Made by a program: the position numbers and the translations under genes
Shown here: one piece after another, positions 55,863-59,621 of the stretch
Position numbering within the stretch: position 1 is the stretch's first letter
Layout of the letters: the number at the start of each line of letters is the position of its first letter
Origin: a virus
Taxonomy: Duplodnaviria > Heunggongvirae > Uroviricota > Caudoviricetes
Reading direction: 5' to 3' (one strand)
Length of the DNA: 59,621 bases
IMG/VR virus record: IMGVR_UViG_2974625098_000001
Span: 1-59,621 of that record
The notes under the pieces: model-generated
Databases searched by the model: none
What the model saw: the letters and a program-made list of their open reading frames with translations, nothing else
Told to the model about the DNA's origin: nothing

Positions 55863-56888
55863 GTGGCTCTTGAGGATTTCCTGTCCAAGTTGGACCCGAA
55901 GACTGCGAAGCGACTCAAGACGGCTCAGCAGATTGAGCTTGTCAAGTTCCCTGTTGCTTCCTCTGGCCTGACTCACGCCCTCGGTGGCGGAATCGGTGCT
56001 GGACGTATTACCCTGGTTTATGGAAACACCAGCTCCGGTAAGTCGGTGCTGATGATGCAGACCATCGGTTTGCTCCAGAAGCAGGGCAAGGTATGTGCCT
56101 GGGTGGATGTCGAAGGTACATATGAGAAGAGTTTCGGTGCCAAGTTGGGTATCGACAACGACGAACTGATTCTGATTCAGAAGAAGTCGTTCGGTGGTAT
56201 CACCGATGAGATTATGCCGCTGATTCGGGCGGGTATCGATATGGTGGTTATCGACTCTATTAGTGACGCTCTCCCCGAGGTCTTTGTTGACAAGGACGGA
56301 GAGGCTGTGGAGTTCGATAAGATGAAGCAGTTGGGTGCTCACGCCAAGTCTTGTACGATGATGGTGAATGCCATTCACTACGAGAATGACCGCACAGCGG
56401 TGGTGCTGATTTCCCAGACGACCACGAAGATTGAGCAGACCTACGTCAAGCAGGTTCCGCACGGTGGTCAGAAGGTTCCCTTCGCTTCTTCCCAGATTAT
56501 CAAGTTGACCAGCTCTAACACTGAGGGTCAGCAGATTATGGGTAACTCCTACGTCGGAGACCTTGTGATTGAGGCTCCAATCGGACGTAAGGTTGAATAC
56601 TACGTCGAGAAGAATAAGTTGGGACCACAGTCCCGCAAGGGCAAGTACGACCTTTATTACGCCGGTGATTTCGTTGGAATCGACGCGGTTGGTGAAGTGG
56701 TCGATACTGCCGAGGCGTTCGGCATTGTGACAAAGAAGGGCGCATGGTACACTGTTGAAGAGAAGCAGTACCAGGGCCGTCCAAAGGTCATTGCCACACT
56801 CCGCGAGGATGAGGCGCTGCTGAATACACTCAAGGGAAGGATTTCGCTCGTCCTAACAGGCGAGCTTCCGGAAACAGATGAAGTTTAG
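55863..56888 (+). CDS. recA: RecA/UvsX-like recombinase
   Basis: GNTSSGKS Walker A, WVDVE, VVIDSI, KNKLGP. Confidence 0.95.
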   Translation: MALEDFLSKLDPKTAKRLKTAQQIELVKFPVASSGLTHALGGGIGAGRITLVYGNTSSGKSVLMMQTIGLLQKQGKVCAWVDVEGTYEKSFGAKLGIDNDELILIQKKSFGGITDEIMPLIRAGIDMVVIDSISDALPEVFVDKDGEAVEFDKMKQLGAHAKSCTMMVNAIHYENDRTAVVLISQTTTKIEQTYVKQVPHGGQKVPFASSQIIKLTSSNTEGQQIMGNSYVGDLVIEAPIGRKVEYYVEKNKLGPQSRKGKYDLYYAGDFVGIDAVGEVVDTAEAFGIVTKKGAWYTVEEKQYQGRPKVIATLREDEALLNTLKGRISLVLTGELPETDEV

Positions 56889-57072
56889 CGATTTCATCGC
56901 TCAGCAGCCTAAGCAGGATGAGGCACCCAAGGGAATTCCGATTGACGGAGCCTTTGGGTGCCAAACCTGTTTTGAGCACGTCGATGAAGCTGAATACTTT
57001 CAGGTCGAGAAGATTTTGAAGTGGAAGTGCTCCGAGGGGCACATCAGCTACATTGAGGACTTTCAGCTATGA
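56878..57072 (+). CDS. Small Zn-binding-like protein, 64 aa
   Basis: CQTC...C.EGH. Confidence 0.8.
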   Translation: MKFSDFIAQQPKQDEAPKGIPIDGAFGCQTCFEHVDEAEYFQVEKILKWKCSEGHISYIEDFQL

Positions 57073-57398
57073 GCGAGGCAGACGAGATTAAGCGCGATGG
57101 CGCTACGCCCGTGAAGAATTCCGGGCGGTCGAAGGGAACAAACAAGGGTGACGCTATCCTTGAGCCGTTCCTTGTCGATTACAAGGAGTACAACAAGTCA
57201 TTTGGTGTGACTCGGGAATTCTGGGCTAAGATTTCCACCGACGCTGTGAATAACGGTCGTCGGCAGCCAGCTCTCAAGCTGGTTATTCGGGATGACGTTG
57301 ACCCAGAGTCCAGGACGCCAAAGACCCGGCTGTGGGTTATTGGTGACACGATGTTCCACGAGATGCTTGAGGCGTGGAGGGAAAAGTATGACGAGTGA
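57069..57398 (+). CDS. PD-(D/E)XK nuclease, Holliday junction resolvase-like, 109 aa
   Basis: NSGR...KGDA...VDYKE. Confidence 0.7.
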   Translation: MSEADEIKRDGATPVKNSGRSKGTNKGDAILEPFLVDYKEYNKSFGVTREFWAKISTDAVNNGRRQPALKLVIRDDVDPESRTPKTRLWVIGDTMFHEMLEAWREKYDE

Positions 57399-57561
57399 AT
57401 TCTTTCCATGCTGCAACCACTGCGAGTGTCCAATAGATGCCCGAGAGGGCCACGATGACACCTGCCGATATGGCTGTAACGACACTCAGGCTGGTATTAT
57501 TACTACTCGTGCAATTGGCGCGGGTGGCTTGAAGCAGCCCGAGAAGAAGGGATTTAAGTGA
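57388..57561 (+). CDS. Cys-rich hypothetical protein, 57 aa (start revised)
   Basis: SD GGAGG; CCNHCEC, HDDTC. Confidence 0.65.
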   Translation: MTSEFFPCCNHCECPIDAREGHDDTCRYGCNDTQAGIITTRAIGAGGLKQPEKKGFK

Positions 57562-57896
57562 GCGAGTACAATACGGAGCACCCATTGGAGACAATCTCCC
57601 GGATTACTGAGTTCAACGACCTGTCGGAGTTCATGCAGGACGAGCACCTGGACAGGGCTCTGGACCTTGCGATTAAGTGTCTGGCGCAGCCGGATATTGC
57701 AGCGACCAAGGCTCCTAAGTTGATTGTTGAGCTACAGGCAATTTCGTTCAAGTTCGCTGTGAAGGCTGTCGAGTACGCGACCATCAAGAAGGACCGTGCT
57801 GGCACCGACAACAACCACAAGAAGAACATTTACTACAGCACCAAGGAAGCGCTTGACCGTCTCGTAGACGCTCTCAAGTACGCTGCGAGGGCCTGA
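57558..57896 (+). CDS. Hypothetical helical protein, 112 aa
   Basis: GTGA overlap; strong codon bias. Confidence 0.85.
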   Translation: MSEYNTEHPLETISRITEFNDLSEFMQDEHLDRALDLAIKCLAQPDIAATKAPKLIVELQAISFKFAVKAVEYATIKKDRAGTDNNHKKNIYYSTKEALDRLVDALKYAARA

Positions 57897-58051
57897 TGTT
57901 CGTAGCAGATTACGAATGTGACTGGTGGAAGGGGCTTATCGGCCCTTTCCCATCCAAGGAGGCTGCAAACGAATACTGCGAGAGCCTGAACGCTGACTGG
58001 TCATCCTGGCACGTCACTGAGCTGGTTCCTCCGGTGTACAGAGCGCAGTAG
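57896..58051 (+). CDS. Hypothetical protein, 51 aa (not in ORF track)
   Basis: TGATG coupling; MFVADYECDWWKGLIGPFPSKEAANEYCESLN... Confidence 0.7.
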   Translation: MFVADYECDWWKGLIGPFPSKEAANEYCESLNADWSSWHVTELVPPVYRAQ

Positions 58052-58104
58052 AAAAGTCTGTGGGGAAATGATATAATGGGTACAAAAGAAAAGGATTAAA
58101 GAAC

Positions 58105-58887
58105 TTGTCACGAAATATTATCTCCGGCCTCAAGTTCCGTAAGCAGCCGGAAGGCTTTAATGCGATTGAGCTTGCGGACATGCTAGAGGCTGCGTATATG
58201 CAGCAGAAGCGTCCGGATAAGCATACCCAGAAGAAGACGTTTTCCCCCAGCACCATCGGTTATGGCCATGGAACCTGCCCTAGGTATTGGTTCCTGGCCT
58301 TTACTGGTGCTCCATTCGTGGAGTCCGTAGATGCTCTCGGCATCGCCAATATGGCGAACGGTACTCAGGCGCACGAGCGTATCGAAGCACTTTTCGATGC
58401 CTCGGGTATTCGCCTGGGCAACGAGATTGAGATTACGATGGTTGACCCGCCTATTCGCGGCTATGCTGACGTAGAAATCGATTGGAAGGGCGAGCCCGTT
58501 ATTGGTGAGATTAAGACTACTCGCCAGGAAGCGTTCCTTGTCCGTGAAGCATCTGGTAAGCCAAGCGTTAATCACCTGTTCCAGATTCTCATTTATATGC
58601 GAGCCCGTCAGCGTAAGCTGGGTTTCTTGCTGTATGAGAACAAGAATTCGCAGGAGTTCCTGGTTATCCCGATTGAGATGACCGAGAAGAACGCTGAGAT
58701 TCTTGACAGTGCTCTTGAGTGGATGCGTACCGTCTATAAGTCGTACGAGGAGCAGACAGCTCCGGTGCGTCCATGGAAGAAGCAGGTCAAGGTTTGCCAG
58801 GGCTGTCCCGTAAAGGATTGGTGCTGGAGTGATGAATCTCCGGAGGGTGTCGAAGATATTCCTCGCATGGAGGTTCCAACGCTGTGA
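58105..58887 (+). CDS. Cas4-like PD-(D/E)XK exonuclease
   Basis: SPSTIG...CPR, GT..H, D...EIKT, Q..IY, CQGC...C (four Cys); promoter -10 TATAAT at 58073. Confidence 0.9.
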   Translation: MSRNIISGLKFRKQPEGFNAIELADMLEAAYMQQKRPDKHTQKKTFSPSTIGYGHGTCPRYWFLAFTGAPFVESVDALGIANMANGTQAHERIEALFDASGIRLGNEIEITMVDPPIRGYADVEIDWKGEPVIGEIKTTRQEAFLVREASGKPSVNHLFQILIYMRARQRKLGFLLYENKNSQEFLVIPIEMTEKNAEILDSALEWMRTVYKSYEEQTAPVRPWKKQVKVCQGCPVKDWCWSDESPEGVEDIPRMEVPTL

Positions 58888-59165
58888 GGATTTGCGCATA
58901 CGCTGAATGTGGCCTTGAGTTTGAACCTAAGACACATAATCAGCGCTACTGCTCTGACGATTGTTGCCGTCGTGCCACTAATGCTCGTCTCATGAAGCAG
59001 TATTATGAGAAGAAGGCGCGTCGGCAGGGTCGCATTCGCGTGTGCGCCACTTCTGGTTGTGACACCCGGCTATCCCGATATAATGACGGAAAGGTCTGCC
59101 AGAAGTGTGCTGCGGCTCGGGAGACTGAGCGGAGGCAGCAGTTGCTAAATATTGTGGGTCTATAA
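58884..59165 (+). CDS. Zn-finger protein, 93 aa
   Basis: CAYAEC..F.P....QRYCSDDC; CATSGC...CQKC. Confidence 0.8.
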   Translation: MRICAYAECGLEFEPKTHNQRYCSDDCCRRATNARLMKQYYEKKARRQGRIRVCATSGCDTRLSRYNDGKVCQKCAAARETERRQQLLNIVGL

Positions 59166-59621
59166 GTGGGGCTAGGAGAACTAAAGAGGACTAAAGCCAG
59201 CAAGGTGATGGGCATTGACTGCTCGACACAGGCGCTGGCTTTTACCATCTTTTACAATCGCAGGCCGATTCACTGGGGCAAGATAAACTTCGAGGGCGCA
59301 GATGTCTTCGAGCGTCTTGCCGATGCAGCGGATAAGCTGCGGGCTGTGAAGGAAGAATTTGACGTAGACTACATCGCTTTTGAGGCTGCCATCATGGCTA
59401 AGGTGAAAAACCCGGATGTCACGATTAAGCTGGCGATGGTCTATGGTGCCTGTATCGCAGAGCTGATGCGTAAGAACGTCAAGGTTGTTACTGTCAAGCC
59501 TCTGGAGTGGCAGTCGTATATTGGAAACCCTAACTTCAAGTTGGCTGAGAAGAACGCCTTGAAGGCAGAGTTTCCGGGGAAGTCAGCTTCGTGGTACTCC
59601 ACGAAGATTCGTTCGATTCGT
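59166..59621 (+). CDS. ruvC: RuvC-like Holliday junction resolvase, truncated by window end
   Basis: GTG start; VMGIDCST, YIAFEAA, AMVYGAC; frame open to the end. Confidence 0.85.
   Translation, partial: MGLGELKRTKASKVMGIDCSTQALAFTIFYNRRPIHWGKINFEGADVFERLADAADKLRAVKEEFDVDYIAFEAAIMAKVKNPDVTIKLAMVYGACIAELMRKNVKVVTVKPLEWQSYIGNPNFKLAEKNALKAEFPGKSASWYSTKIRSIR

Noticed and set aside
57943-57949. In-frame slippery heptamer C CCT TTC
   Set aside because: Zero frame already gives a sensible 51 aa protein; the -1 frame stops soon.
1-59621. Prophage or temperate lifestyle
   Set aside because: No integrase, repressor, att site or host genes in the window; cannot be excluded for the unseen part.

Overview
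Left ~60 kb of a large lytic siphovirus of Actinobacteria. Gene order and content resemble Streptomyces phages of the Stanwilliamsviridae (clusters BE/BK); this is from recognition, not a database search. Layout: (1) AT-rich non-coding end and a cassette of eight small + strand genes (298-2154); (2) a minus-strand block with thyX, a short C5 DNA methyltransferase, three tRNA-Thr genes (GGT, CGT, TGT) interleaved with two tRNA-sized stem-closed elements, and a secreted lytic transglycosylase; (3) GT4 glycosyltransferase, class II ribonucleotide reductase and a two-domain endolysin; (4) virion module from a LamG protein through portal, protease/scaffold, major capsid, head-tail joining, tail tube, chaperones, a ~2130 aa tape measure and a 2027 aa fibre; (5) HNH, membrane protein, metallophosphoesterase and holin; (6) replication/recombination genes (DnaB, primase, SSB, DnaE, dUTPase, RecA, resolvases, Cas4-like nuclease), cut off inside ruvC. 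No terminase, integrase, CRISPR array, intein or intron was seen. Best leads: candidate structured ncRNAs (4983-5052, 5155-5231, 10531-10645), the complete Thr tRNA set abutting a downstream ORF, a divergent transglycosylase/GT4 pair with a palindrome, a nested scaffold start, a probable ATA start for the tape measure, an atypical chaperone frameshift site, many leaderless promoters and apparent GATC avoidance.
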